Shown here: in pieces, positions 19,844-29,672 of the stretch
Layout of the letters: every line of letters begins with the position of its first letter
Numbering within the stretch: the stretch's first letter is position 1
DNA from: Phycisphaerales bacterium
GTDB taxonomy: Bacteria; Planctomycetota; Phycisphaerae; Phycisphaerales; UBA1924
DNA length: 64,000 nt
Reading direction: 5' to 3'
Assembly: GCA_965227775.1 (NCBI GenBank)
Contig: OZ245777.1
Location: 800,001-864,000 of the forward strand
Program-made: the position numbers and the translations under genes
The notes under the pieces: generated by a model
The model's input: only the letters and a program-made list of their open reading frames with translations
Database searches by the model: none
What the model was told of the DNA's origin: nothing

Positions 19844-22135
19844 TCAGCCGCAGCCGGCGCTGAAGTCGTTCTGGAACTCAAGGAAGTCGAAGATGGTCAG
19901 GTCCCCATCGCCGTCGAAGTCCGCACGCGGATCACCGCTGGCGAACAGGTTCTGGAACTCAAGGAAGTCGAAGATGTTGAGCTCGCCGTCACCGGTCAGG
20001 TCGGCCCGGCACGTGTCGCAGGTCATGCGCACGATCTCGAACGCGTCGATGGCCGCCTCAGTCACCGAGTTGTTTGGCTGGTCCTCGGTGCCAAAGCGGA
20101 TGCGGAATTCATCGGTGATGTCCACGAAGTCGGCCACGCGGTAGGTCTTCAGGCTCCACGCGGGCGCGCCGCCGGCGATCGTCTCGACGGGCTCCCAGGT
20201 CGCGCCGCCGTTGGATGACATCTCGATGTCCAGCACGTCGTCGCCGTCGTCGTTGGTGAACCACACGGCAAAGCGCACGCGAGCCTCATCGCCCACGCTC
20301 GTCAGGTCATACTCGGGACTGGTCAGCACGGTCGGCCCACCGTCGAGATCGGCGTCGCTCCCAAGGCCTGTCGCATACATGGAATTGGTGCTGTCGTAGT
20401 CCGCCGCGGGCTCTCCGCGGTCGCCGCTCGTGGTCGGAGCGCCGCGCTCCCACGGGCCGTCTTCGATCGCAGTATCCTGCACGGCCCAGCCGGTCGCGGT
20501 CTGGAAGCTGTCGCTCACGATCTGCTCGACGTCGGTGACGACAAACGCCTCGAAGTTAATAAACGGAGCCGAGAGCGGCGTGCGGAAGAACTGCCCGTCG
20601 CTGCTAGTGGCTTCGAACCAATACTCAACTTCCTCGAAGCAGGGCATGTTGGGCATGGTGCCCTCGTACAGCCCACCGCCGACCGAAGCCAGCGGCGCTT
20701 CGAGCAGGTCTCCGCTCTGCAGGCGAACCTTGACCATGACGCTATCAACCGTGCCTTCGAGCTCGTTGACTTCAAGCTGAATCGTCTGTCCGAACGGATC
20801 AACCTCGGTCGGCGCATCGCCGGGCAGCGAGAGCTCGAGCCGGCCAGCGCCGTCGGCGGTCACGTCGACGATGAACAAACCGCGCTCGATATCGCTGATG
20901 AGCACGATGCCGCTGTCGAAGAAGGGATAGGTACTCCACGCGCCGTTGAAGCTCGCACGGTTGCTGCCGGGGAATGTGTCAAACCACGCTACCTCGGTCG
21001 GGTTCAGCGGGTCGTCCGACAGGTCCCACACGCGCAGGCCGCTGCGGTAGTTGGCCTGGTAGAGCATGTCGCCGTTGACGTAGTTGTTGTGGTCGATGGC
21101 CGCCAAGCCCGTGGTGAAGGTACTGGCAAGCTGCGGACTGGTGATATCCGACACGTCGAATACGCGCGTAGTGGTCACCGAAACCGTGTCGCCCTCGTCA
21201 AGCTCGTCGTTCAGGTAGAGGTACTGGCGGTCTTCGCTCAGCCACGCCTGGTGCGTGTAGCGGAGCTGGGCGTAGTCGGTGCGCCCAACAAGGAACATGT
21301 TGCTCTTGTCGGTCACATCGACGATCTCGAGTCCGTCGAAGCCGTTGAGGCAGAACGCGATCTCGCGGCCGGCGTACGGGCCATCCGTGTAGCTCACCAC
21401 CTGGGCGTCGTGCACGTAGTGCGTGGACCACTCGCCCACGATGGTCGGGTTGGCTGGGTCGCTCAGGCTGACGGCGATGAGTCCGCCATTGGCGATGTTG
21501 GCGCCGCAAAGGTAGATGTAGCCCGAATCGGGATTCGAGATGATGTTGTGCGTCGTCTCGTGGCCGAACTGACGCTTGTTCTGAACGAGGGTCACGCGGC
21601 CGTCGTCAATCTCACGAAGGTCCATGACCTGGATGCCAGCGCCGCCCTCGCTCACGCCGTAGGCGTAGTCGCCGATGACCTTGACGTCATGCCAGTCGCT
21701 GCTGGGCCCCTCGACCCAATCAACGATGACCGGGTTGGTCGGGTCGGTCACTTCGACGAACCCAAAACCGCGCTGCAGGCCCATGATGGCGTACTCGCGG
21801 CCGGTCGGGCTGGTGTAGCCCCAGCAGTCGTTGCCGCGGCCGTGCCCGCCGGGGAAGGCGCTCAGCGGAATCCACGAGAGCAGCGTGACGTTCTCGCTCT
21901 CGAACGAGGCCGTCGGGTCATCGACGCCGGCGCCACCGCCATCCTGCTGCGAGCCGAGCGTCCAAACGGACGCCTCAACAGCCGGCAGCGCGTCGCGCAC
22001 CTTCCGCCAGCTCTCATGGGCGCCGGCCGAAAGTGCGAGCGTGAGCGCACCCGCGCCAGCGAGGCCGACGGCGAGCAGACTAGACTTCCGAGCAAAAACC
22101 GAACGACCAGCGGGGGCCGGCACCGAGTTCTTCAT
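19844..22135 (-). CDS. Secreted choice-of-anchor B / LVIVD-repeat protein with C-terminal dockerin-like domain
   Basis: Signal peptide, NDCWGY, YVHDAQVV, YTHQAWL, DHNNYV and GAWSTYPFF. C-terminus CRADLTGDGELNIFDFLEFQN repeated twice. Confidence 0.85.
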   Translation of the reverse strand: MKNSVPAPAGRSVFARKSSLLAVGLAGAGALTLALSAGAHESWRKVRDALPAVEASVWTLGSQQDGGGAGVDDPTASFESENVTLLSWIPLSAFPGGHGRGNDCWGYTSPTGREYAIMGLQRGFGFVEVTDPTNPVIVDWVEGPSSDWHDVKVIGDYAYGVSEGGAGIQVMDLREIDDGRVTLVQNKRQFGHETTHNIISNPDSGYIYLCGANIANGGLIAVSLSDPANPTIVGEWSTHYVHDAQVVSYTDGPYAGREIAFCLNGFDGLEIVDVTDKSNMFLVGRTDYAQLRYTHQAWLSEDRQYLYLNDELDEGDTVSVTTTRVFDVSDITSPQLASTFTTGLAAIDHNNYVNGDMLYQANYRSGLRVWDLSDDPLNPTEVAWFDTFPGSNRASFNGAWSTYPFFDSGIVLISDIERGLFIVDVTADGAGRLELSLPGDAPTEVDPFGQTIQLEVNELEGTVDSVMVKVRLQSGDLLEAPLASVGGGLYEGTMPNMPCFEEVEYWFEATSSDGQFFRTPLSAPFINFEAFVVTDVEQIVSDSFQTATGWAVQDTAIEDGPWERGAPTTSGDRGEPAADYDSTNSMYATGLGSDADLDGGPTVLTSPEYDLTSVGDEARVRFAVWFTNDDGDDVLDIEMSSNGGATWEPVETIAGGAPAWSLKTYRVADFVDITDEFRIRFGTEDQPNNSVTEAAIDAFEIVRMTCDTCRADLTGDGELNIFDFLEFQNLFASGDPRADFDGDGDLTIFDFLEFQNDFSAGCG

Positions 22136-22270
22136 ATGGATACTCCCTGCCTCGTGTACGCACGCTCGGGCGGTTGCTGTTTCAGTTTCTTGCCGAAACC
22201 ACCTCGATTGCCATCCGTACGATCCCACGCGACCCACCCATGCCGTGGGATCGTTGCTGGGAGGGCACCA

Positions 22271-23245
22271 ATGACCGCGTTCATCGACATCCAGCGGGGG
22301 CTCCGGGCCTTCGCTCGCACGGCCGCTTGCGTCGCCGCCGCCGGCCTTGCCGTCGCCGTGGCGACGGCCCAGGACGCACAACCCACCCAGCCGGCCCCGC
22401 CCCAGGCCGAGCCCGGCGGCAGCCAGCGGCCGCTCTACATCGATGATCAGCACGAACCCATGATCATGATCGCCTGGGAGCAGCGCGACGGCACCCGCAT
22501 CGAGCTCTCCCGACAGATTCCCTGGGGCACCAAGAACGACCGCATCGAGCTTGGCGAGAACGTGCTGGCGTTCGCGGCCGTGGGCGGCACGCGCATCGAG
22601 CTCCAGGCGGGCCACCCGCTCGGCTCGGTCGTCCGCGTGGGCTTCTACAAGAATGAGAACGAGGCACCGTTCTTCGCCGACATCCGCCCGGGTTCAACCG
22701 TCGAGATCAGGCTCGAGGGCGTGCGATTCATCGAGCCGGCCCGAGCCACGCAAGGCACCGCGCTGCACCATCTGCAGTACTCCATGGAAGACGTGCTCAA
22801 CTGCGGCCTGGACGCCAGCGCCATCGATCAGTACAACACCGCTCGACCTGACGACACGCTCAACGGCCAGATCTCGCGCGAGAACGGCCGGCCTGGCGTG
22901 CTGCGCGTCGTGCGCGGCGAGCTTCCCGACGACGCGCCTCGCTACTACCGCACGGGTGAAGCCGCGGGCGACGACGATCCGCAGCCGGCAGAGCGCTTCG
23001 CGACCATCCGCTTCCAGCGCGACGAAGAAACCGGGGCTATCGGCATCCGCGCAGACCTGCCCTACGAGCTCTTCCGCCACGTGCGCGACCCATGGCTGCG
23101 CGCCGAGCCCGGCACGTTCTTCGAGCCGACGCACTTCCACCTCGAGTTCGAGAGCCTGCCGAACCGCGCCTTCCCGGGCGGGCAGCCCCCGCCGGAGGAA
23201 GGCGCCGAAGCGCGGGATGCCGGCGCCCAGATCACCGGGCCGTGA
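22271..23245 (+). CDS. Secreted hypothetical protein
   Basis: Signal peptide (AVATA-QD), coding-like codon usage and a GGAGG SD upstream. Confidence 0.75.
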   Translation: MTAFIDIQRGLRAFARTAACVAAAGLAVAVATAQDAQPTQPAPPQAEPGGSQRPLYIDDQHEPMIMIAWEQRDGTRIELSRQIPWGTKNDRIELGENVLAFAAVGGTRIELQAGHPLGSVVRVGFYKNENEAPFFADIRPGSTVEIRLEGVRFIEPARATQGTALHHLQYSMEDVLNCGLDASAIDQYNTARPDDTLNGQISRENGRPGVLRVVRGELPDDAPRYYRTGEAAGDDDPQPAERFATIRFQRDEETGAIGIRADLPYELFRHVRDPWLRAEPGTFFEPTHFHLEFESLPNRAFPGGQPPPEEGAEARDAGAQITGP

Positions 23246-23250
23246 CGCCC

Positions 23251-24276
23251 ATGGACGGCGCAAACAAGTGCTCCCTGTTCGACGGCCACCTCGACCTGGC
23301 GTACCTCGCCGAGATTGGCCGCGATATGCACGCGAGCCTCGACCAGTGTCGGGGCACGCTGCTACCCGCGGCGGTCACGCTACCTTCGCTCGCCGAAGGA
23401 AACGTCCGCGGCTGCCTTGGCACCATCTTCACCGAGATGACCGAGCAGGACTCGCCCAAGGGCCTGCAGCTCGGCGGCTTCGGCCATACCTATCCGCCCG
23501 GCGACGCACAAGCCGCGCACCGCGCCGGCCTTCGACAACTCAAGCTCTACCACGCCTGGCGCGATGCGGGCGTCATCGATCTGCTGCCAAAGGTCGGCAA
23601 TGCGCCGCTGCAACTCGGTATCCTGATGGAGGGCGCCGACCCGATCGAGAACGCCGACCAGGTCGCGTGGTGGGCAGAGCAGGGCGTCATCGCCATCGGT
23701 CTGGCGTGGGCGATGGGCTCGCGCTACGCCGGCGGCAACTCGCAGAAGACCGGCTTGACTGCCGAGGGCCGCGATATCGTGCGCGCCATCGACGCGGCCA
23801 ACATCATCCACGACCTCTCGCACCTGAGCGACAAGGCGATGGACGAGCTGCTCGAGATGTCAAGCGGCCGCGTCGTCGCGAGCCACAGCAACGCCCGCGC
23901 TCTGCTCGGCGGCACGAACCAGCGGCACCTGCGCGACGACACCATCGCCGAGATCGCCCGCCGCGGCGGAGTCATCGGCATCAACCTCTACGGGCCATTT
24001 TTGGATCCGTCGTTCGACAAGAAGAAGAAACGCCCTCCGATGCGCACTGCGCTGGAGCACACGCTGCACATCGCACGCATCGCTGGTAGAGACAAGGTCT
24101 GCCTAGGCACGGACATGGACGGCGGCTTCGCGGCGACGGACTTGCCAGATGGCATCAATACGCCAAGTGATCTGCACAAGCTGCTCGACCTGCTCCGAAC
24201 CGAGGGCTGGAGTGAGGCAGAGGTATCAGGATTCGCCAGTGGGAATTGGGCGCGACTGCTGGGGATCGGCTGGTGA
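23251..24276 (+). CDS. Membrane dipeptidase (peptidase M19)
   Basis: FDGHLDL, LMEGAD, HDLSHL, ASHSN, GGVIGIN and GTDMDGG. Confidence 0.9.
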   Translation: MDGANKCSLFDGHLDLAYLAEIGRDMHASLDQCRGTLLPAAVTLPSLAEGNVRGCLGTIFTEMTEQDSPKGLQLGGFGHTYPPGDAQAAHRAGLRQLKLYHAWRDAGVIDLLPKVGNAPLQLGILMEGADPIENADQVAWWAEQGVIAIGLAWAMGSRYAGGNSQKTGLTAEGRDIVRAIDAANIIHDLSHLSDKAMDELLEMSSGRVVASHSNARALLGGTNQRHLRDDTIAEIARRGGVIGINLYGPFLDPSFDKKKKRPPMRTALEHTLHIARIAGRDKVCLGTDMDGGFAATDLPDGINTPSDLHKLLDLLRTEGWSEAEVSGFASGNWARLLGIGW

Positions 24277-25313
24277 TCAGTTCGCTGTGGGGTGAGATCT
24301 TCACGCTCATCCACGATGCGTACTTCTTCGTCATCGCGGTGCTGCTCTTCGTTTCCTTGCTCGGGAGCGTGCTCTACTTCATCGCCAACCGAACGCGGTC
24401 GGGTATCGCCGCACTGATCATCCGCGGCATCCCGAAGCGCAAGCACCGCACCCTGCGCGACCATCCAGCGATCTGCGCGGCCTGCGGGTATCCGCGCGGC
24501 GAGGGCGACGTCTGCCCCGAGTGCGGCGCATCGCTCACCGAACCGGGAGCCGTGCTGTATCGCGACGTGATCGAAGCCGGGCGGCTGCCGGTACCCCGCT
24601 GGCTCAGACTGGTCGCGCTGCTGCTCGTGCTGACGTTCGCGGCGTGGGTGCTCGCTCCGCTGGCGTCGCGCGTGGGAAACAAGATCGAGTGGGGCGCATG
24701 GCGGGTTATCGAAGCGCACCACGACGCCGAGTACACGGTGCGTGCCGCCCAGGGCTCGCCGGCGTACAAAGTCCAGCTCAACACAAGCTACGTTGTCGAT
24801 GAAGACACGAGCAACTACGCCGGGCCGCTCGATGGGCACGTCTACGTCATCTTACACGATTCCGCGACAAACGATATCGGCTGGCTCATGGTCGACGCCA
24901 TCGATCAGACCTGGCAGTTCCGATACTACAGGGGGGGCATCCAGGCCGCGGGCTTCCGCCCGACCAGTGCGAGCGCCGGTGTCGGGATCGAGTCGGGCAT
25001 TGCCGAGTTGTACCAAGCCACCGGGTTCGATCAGTACTGGATGCACTCGTCTGCCGAACTCGCCGACTTGCAGCGCCTCGGCAAGATCGCGCTGGGCCCG
25101 AGCTTTCGCACCATCGAAGACCCCTCGAGCCTCACGAACTCGCCGGGCTCGCTCATATGGAGCCGCGCAACCGTGTTGGGCGGCACGCAGACGTGGGTGT
25201 CGGTGCGCTACGTCCCTCTCAGCAGTACCGCTGGCGTGTTCGGGCTCATCGTGCTCGCCTTGCCAGTCATCTGGTTGGCGTGCTACGCGCTCTGGCGACT
25301 CGTGCGGCGCTAG
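24273..25313 (+). CDS. Membrane protein with zinc-ribbon (CAACGY...CPECG)
   Basis: TM helices flank a CxxC/CPECG pair. GTGA overlap with the upstream stop. Confidence 0.7.
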   Translation: MISSLWGEIFTLIHDAYFFVIAVLLFVSLLGSVLYFIANRTRSGIAALIIRGIPKRKHRTLRDHPAICAACGYPRGEGDVCPECGASLTEPGAVLYRDVIEAGRLPVPRWLRLVALLLVLTFAAWVLAPLASRVGNKIEWGAWRVIEAHHDAEYTVRAAQGSPAYKVQLNTSYVVDEDTSNYAGPLDGHVYVILHDSATNDIGWLMVDAIDQTWQFRYYRGGIQAAGFRPTSASAGVGIESGIAELYQATGFDQYWMHSSAELADLQRLGKIALGPSFRTIEDPSSLTNSPGSLIWSRATVLGGTQTWVSVRYVPLSSTAGVFGLIVLALPVIWLACYALWRLVRR

Positions 25314-26323
25314 TGCGAGCTGACGCGACGCCCCCAACGCGACGCCAGCCTCAGGTCTTCCTCCCCACCACCGCGGCACAAGCCGCACCAGATGACAGAA
25401 TCAGGAAGCATCGCCGTCTCGCCACCCGCAGGTGGCGGTGGCGCCGGGGGCATGCTCGCGAGGGGCCGGAGCATGCGCTGGCGGTAGCGATCGGGAAACT
25501 TGTCGTTGGCGCCGCTCGCCTCGGCTTGCGCGTACTCGCCGCGCAAGAGTTCGTTGATGCGATCGATGCGCGCTTCGGGGTAGGGGTGGGTCGAGAGCCA
25601 CGCCGGCGGGCGCTGGCCGCCCGCGCTCAACTCGGCCAGCTTCTGCATCACGCCGCGCTGCCCGCTGGGCTTGTAACCAGCCCGCGACATGTAACGCATG
25701 CCGAGCTCATCGGCCTGATACTCGGCGTCGCGTCCGTAGCTCAGCAGCACGAGCTGGCCGCCCACCTGTGCGACCGGTAGGCCGTACTGCCCGTACTCGC
25801 GGATCACGCTGTCTTCGCCCGCGGCGCCGACGACGATCGCGCCCGCGACAAGACCGCCCTGGAGCGCAACCGAGCGGCTCATCTGCTGGTTGCCGTGCCG
25901 TGCGGTGACGTGACCGATCTCGTGACCCAGCACGCCGGCAAGCTGCGCTTCGTTATCGAGTTGCGAGGCCAGACCGCGCGTGATGAACACCTGCCCGCCC
26001 GGCAACGCAAACGCGTTCACGACATCGGAGTTCAGGATCGTGAACTCCCAAGGCAGGTCGTCGGGCACGCCGTCCTCGACGTGGGGGATCATCGACGAAC
26101 CGACCTCGGTCACATACGAGCGGATTGCCTCGTTGGGCAATGGCCCGCCGAACTCATCGGTGAAGGAGGGTGCCGCCTCGAGGCCGAGCGAGGCCTCCTG
26201 GTCCCACGAGTAGATGCTAAAGAACCTGTCTCCGGTCGTCGGGTCGGTCGCGCAGCCGGTCAGGGCTGCGGACACCGAGACCGCCATGGCTGCCAGTACC
26301 TTCTTGAAGCTGGGCTTCCCCAC
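25310..26323 (-). CDS. M48 family metalloprotease lipoprotein (BepA/Oma1-like)
   Basis: Lipobox LTGC, NAFALPGG, HEIGH, EYQAD and STHP. Confidence 0.92.
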   Translation of the reverse strand: MGKPSFKKVLAAMAVSVSAALTGCATDPTTGDRFFSIYSWDQEASLGLEAAPSFTDEFGGPLPNEAIRSYVTEVGSSMIPHVEDGVPDDLPWEFTILNSDVVNAFALPGGQVFITRGLASQLDNEAQLAGVLGHEIGHVTARHGNQQMSRSVALQGGLVAGAIVVGAAGEDSVIREYGQYGLPVAQVGGQLVLLSYGRDAEYQADELGMRYMSRAGYKPSGQRGVMQKLAELSAGGQRPPAWLSTHPYPEARIDRINELLRGEYAQAEASGANDKFPDRYRQRMLRPLASMPPAPPPPAGGETAMLPDSVIWCGLCRGGGEEDLRLASRWGRRVSSH

Positions 26324-26382
26324 GACCTTCCTCCTTCCAAGCCAGCACGGGCTTGCGGGCCTCTATCGTTGACAGTCAGCGT

Positions 26383-27177
26383 ATGAACCAGACCTCTCCC
26401 CCGGAACCAGACCTGAAGGACGCCTCATCCCCCGCGTGGGATGGGCAAACGCTCGCGAACCCGCACGAAAGGTCCGATAAAGCAGATCGCGTCCGCGACA
26501 TGTTCACGGCCATCGCCGGCTCGTACGACCTCAACAACAGGGTCCATTCGTTCCTGCTCGACCAGCGGTGGCGCAAGCACGCGGTGAAGCGGGCGGCCGT
26601 GCAGCAGGGCGACGTGGTGGTCGACGTCGCGTGCGGCACTGGAGATCTGTCCGAGGCTTTCGCCCGCACGCCCGCCGCCGCGGTGATCGGCGTCGACTTC
26701 ACGCACGCGATGCTGGAACGGGCAAGACATAGACAACATCGATTAAACAACCATTCATCCACAAAACTCTTCTATGTTGAGGGCGACGCCATGGCCCTCC
26801 CGCTCTCGGACGGCTGCTGCAGCGTGCTGTCCATCGCCTTTGGATTGCGCAATGTGCAGCGGCCGAACGCAGCGATCGAGGAGTTCGCCCGGGTCCTCAA
26901 GCCTGGGGGCCGCCTGGTCATCCTCGAGTTCGATCGGCCGGGCTTCGCGCCCATCCGCTGGGGGCACGACCTTTATACAAAGGCCATCATGCCCCGCACG
27001 GCCACCTGGATCAGCGGCGATAAGTCTGGCGCGTACCGCTACCTGCCCCGGTCGGTCGAGACCTTCCTCGATCGTGGCAAGGTCTTGGACCTGATGCGGG
27101 CCACAGGGCTTGAAGAAGTGCGGGCCAAGTCGCTGAGCGGCGGGATTTGCGCATGTTATTCCGGACGTAAGCCCTGA
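26383..27177 (+). CDS. menG: Ubiquinone/menaquinone biosynthesis methyltransferase
   Basis: MFTAIAGSYDLNN, DVACGTGD, AFGLRNV, RVLKPGG and AYRYLPRSV (UbiE/MenG family). Confidence 0.9.
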   Translation: MNQTSPPEPDLKDASSPAWDGQTLANPHERSDKADRVRDMFTAIAGSYDLNNRVHSFLLDQRWRKHAVKRAAVQQGDVVVDVACGTGDLSEAFARTPAAAVIGVDFTHAMLERARHRQHRLNNHSSTKLFYVEGDAMALPLSDGCCSVLSIAFGLRNVQRPNAAIEEFARVLKPGGRLVILEFDRPGFAPIRWGHDLYTKAIMPRTATWISGDKSGAYRYLPRSVETFLDRGKVLDLMRATGLEEVRAKSLSGGICACYSGRKP

Positions 27178-27362
27178 TCGGACCCGCGACCGCGCACGGA
27201 TTGCCGGGCAGAATCGAGCACATCGAGCTTTTTTCATCGCTGTGGGATGCAGCGGTGCGTGGTGGCGATGAACACCCCGCTCGCGGGCGGCGATGGGTCG
27301 CCCGGGGCACAACGTGTCGGACCTGCGCACATCGCGACAGGCCGGGAATCAGGGGTAGCACG

Positions 27363-28055
27363 ATGTGCACGGACGCTCTTCGCGAACGATTCTTTGACGT
27401 GTTGGTCTCAGGTGACCGCATCGAAGCCCGCCAGGTGGTGCTTCGGGCACTCGAGACCGGGGATTCGGCGGTCGATCTGATCGGCGAGCTCTATTGGCCC
27501 ACCTATGAGAAGGTTGAAAAGCTCTTCCGCAACGACCAGCTCACGAAGCTGAGCCACCATTACGCCACACGCCTGCTCCGCGTGCTGGCCGACCAGACGG
27601 CAGGGCTCATCGTGCCCAAGACCGGCAACGGGCGCAGCGTGGTGGTGGTGTGCGGGCCGCGAGACTCGGACGACCTCGCCGGCCAGCTGGCCGTCGACCT
27701 GCTGACCAGCGAGGGCTTCCGGGTGACGTACGGCGGCGGCGGCATCCCCAACGACGAGCTGCTTGCCGAAGTCAAGGACCGCGACCCCGCGGCCCTGCTC
27801 ATGTTCGCCTCGGGCGCCAACGACCTGCCGCACATCCGCGACCTGATCGACAGCATCCACGAGCAGTACCCCGAGCGGCAGATGCAAGTGGCCGTCGGCG
27901 GCGGCGTCTTCAACCGGGCGGAGGGCCTGGCAGAGGAGATCGGTGCCGACATCTGGGGCGAGCACCCGCTGGATGTGGTCGAGGCGCTGGTCGAAAAGGC
28001 CCACGTGCGGACTCCCCCGCGGCCGCGCCGCCGGCGTCGCAAGGCCGCCGCCTAA
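27363..28055 (+). CDS. Stand-alone cobalamin (B12)-binding-domain protein
   Basis: Helical cap followed by a Rossmann-like domain (GFRVTYGG, VAVGGGVF, EIGAD). The canonical DxHxxG His is absent. Confidence 0.7.
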   Translation: MCTDALRERFFDVLVSGDRIEARQVVLRALETGDSAVDLIGELYWPTYEKVEKLFRNDQLTKLSHHYATRLLRVLADQTAGLIVPKTGNGRSVVVVCGPRDSDDLAGQLAVDLLTSEGFRVTYGGGGIPNDELLAEVKDRDPAALLMFASGANDLPHIRDLIDSIHEQYPERQMQVAVGGGVFNRAEGLAEEIGADIWGEHPLDVVEALVEKAHVRTPPRPRRRRRKAAA

Positions 28056-28203
28056 GCCAGTCCCCTATCGCGACCTTGGGGAACCCGAAGCTCCCCGGGA
28101 CGAATCGGCCTGAGATGGCCGATGTTACTGGACCAGACCCTTCTTTGTGAGCCCATGCTCGGGTGCAACCCCAGCATGGGCTTGCGGTATAGTGGAGCAA
28201 GGC

Positions 28204-28830
28204 ATGGACCGCACGACCGAACACCACCTGATCCACGAGGCGCTCGCCGGCGATCGTTCGGCGGCTGCGGCGTTGATCCAGGCCCATCAGGCGTCGTTGT
28301 ATGCGTTCATGCTCCGAAGGTGCGGCCGGCCCGACATGGCCGAGGATGTGGTGCAGGAGGCGTTCGTTCGCGCGCTGACCAACCTGCACCGCTTCGACAC
28401 GCGCTTCCGGTTCTCGACGTGGCTGTTCACGATCGCCAAGCGGCTGCACTGCAACGTGGTGCAGAAGTGCGCCCCGGCATACGACAGCGATCTGGTTGCA
28501 TTCTCGGCCGACGATCTCGATGGCGACAACGAAGGCTTGGAGTCTCAGGAGTTGCGCGACCAGACGCGCAGCGACCTTGATGAGGCCCTTTCCCGCCTGC
28601 CCGAAACCCAGCGCGAAATCGTGGTTTTGTTCCACCAGTGCGACTGGCCGATCGCGCGCATTGCCGAACACTACCTGATGCCCGCGGGCACGGTCAAGAG
28701 CCACCTGCACCGTGGCCGTCGCAAGCTCCGCGTTGCGCTTGAGGCCATTCGTGCCGAGCGCGTCGCACGGCGTTCTGCCCAATCTCAGTCTCGTTCAGAG
28801 CACCGGGTCGATGGTGGGGTTGATCGATGA
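28204..28830 (+). CDS. ECF RNA polymerase sigma factor
   Basis: AEDVVQEAF, FSTWLFTIA, LPETQREIVVL and GTVKSHLHRGR. Confidence 0.92.
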   Translation: MDRTTEHHLIHEALAGDRSAAAALIQAHQASLYAFMLRRCGRPDMAEDVVQEAFVRALTNLHRFDTRFRFSTWLFTIAKRLHCNVVQKCAPAYDSDLVAFSADDLDGDNEGLESQELRDQTRSDLDEALSRLPETQREIVVLFHQCDWPIARIAEHYLMPAGTVKSHLHRGRRKLRVALEAIRAERVARRSAQSQSRSEHRVDGGVDR

Positions 28831-29672
28831 GTCGGAAGGAAACGCACGAACATCAGAACGAGCCGGGCGCGCGCGAGCTGCTCGACGCCTATTTCGACGG
28901 CGAGCTCGATCGCGCTGGCAAGGCCAAGCTGCACGAGGCGCTGCGCGAGGATCATCTGCTCGTCGAGGAGTTCAACCGGACGAGCGAGGCGGTGTCGATG
29001 CTCCGCCAGAGCGCCTCGAACACCGGGCTCAGTGTTGATCTCTCCGAGCGCGTGCTTGCGCGGTGCGACGCGAAGCGCGGCTACCTAAACAAGCGCGGCC
29101 GCCGGTTTGTGCTGGCGGGTCGGTCCGCCGTTGCGATGGCGGCGCTCGCGCTGGTCGCGGGCGTGGTGGTCTGGGTGCGCATGACGCCGCCCGAGCTGCG
29201 CCTGACCGATGGACAGCGGCCACTGGGCGTGCTGCTGGAGAGCGGAAACCACGACGCGGCGAACCTGCGCATGGTGCCGCCCGGCGTGCAGCAAGACCTG
29301 GCCGATTCGGTCGATCAGAGCAAGGTCGAGCGCACGATCGTGTACGGCCTTCCGGCCGACTCTGCCGAGAGCTTCTCGACCTTCGGAGAGCGGGCGCCCG
29401 TTGCCGAGCAGCGCGCGATGGCGCGGCTCCCGTTGCTGGCTCGCTCGGTCGAGCCCAACGGCGGCTCGGTGAACGCCTGGCTCGCCGGCCCCATGCCCAT
29501 GGACCATCGCGCCGCGGCGAGCGTCGTGCCCGGGCCCGGAGCAATGGGCTGGTGGAATCGCCCGGCGCCGACCGCTTCGACGCTCGCGTTGCCCGGCGAG
29601 CGTCACCTGCTCATCCTGAAGGGTGAGCCGACGATCTTCGAACTGCTCGAAGCCGAGCGTGATCGGGAGTGA
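28827..29672 (+). CDS. Putative transmembrane anti-sigma factor
   Basis: Coupled to the sigma gene. N-terminal 'LLDAYFDGEL' anti-sigma motif and one TM helix. Confidence 0.75.
   Translation: MSRKETHEHQNEPGARELLDAYFDGELDRAGKAKLHEALREDHLLVEEFNRTSEAVSMLRQSASNTGLSVDLSERVLARCDAKRGYLNKRGRRFVLAGRSAVAMAALALVAGVVVWVRMTPPELRLTDGQRPLGVLLESGNHDAANLRMVPPGVQQDLADSVDQSKVERTIVYGLPADSAESFSTFGERAPVAEQRAMARLPLLARSVEPNGGSVNAWLAGPMPMDHRAAASVVPGPGAMGWWNRPAPTASTLALPGERHLLILKGEPTIFELLEAERDRE

Noticed and set aside
26755..26782. Weak dif-like resemblance (…CTATGTTGAGG) inside menG
   Set aside because: Poor match to the XerC/XerD arms, located inside a gene, and the 23S gene points away from it rather than towards it.
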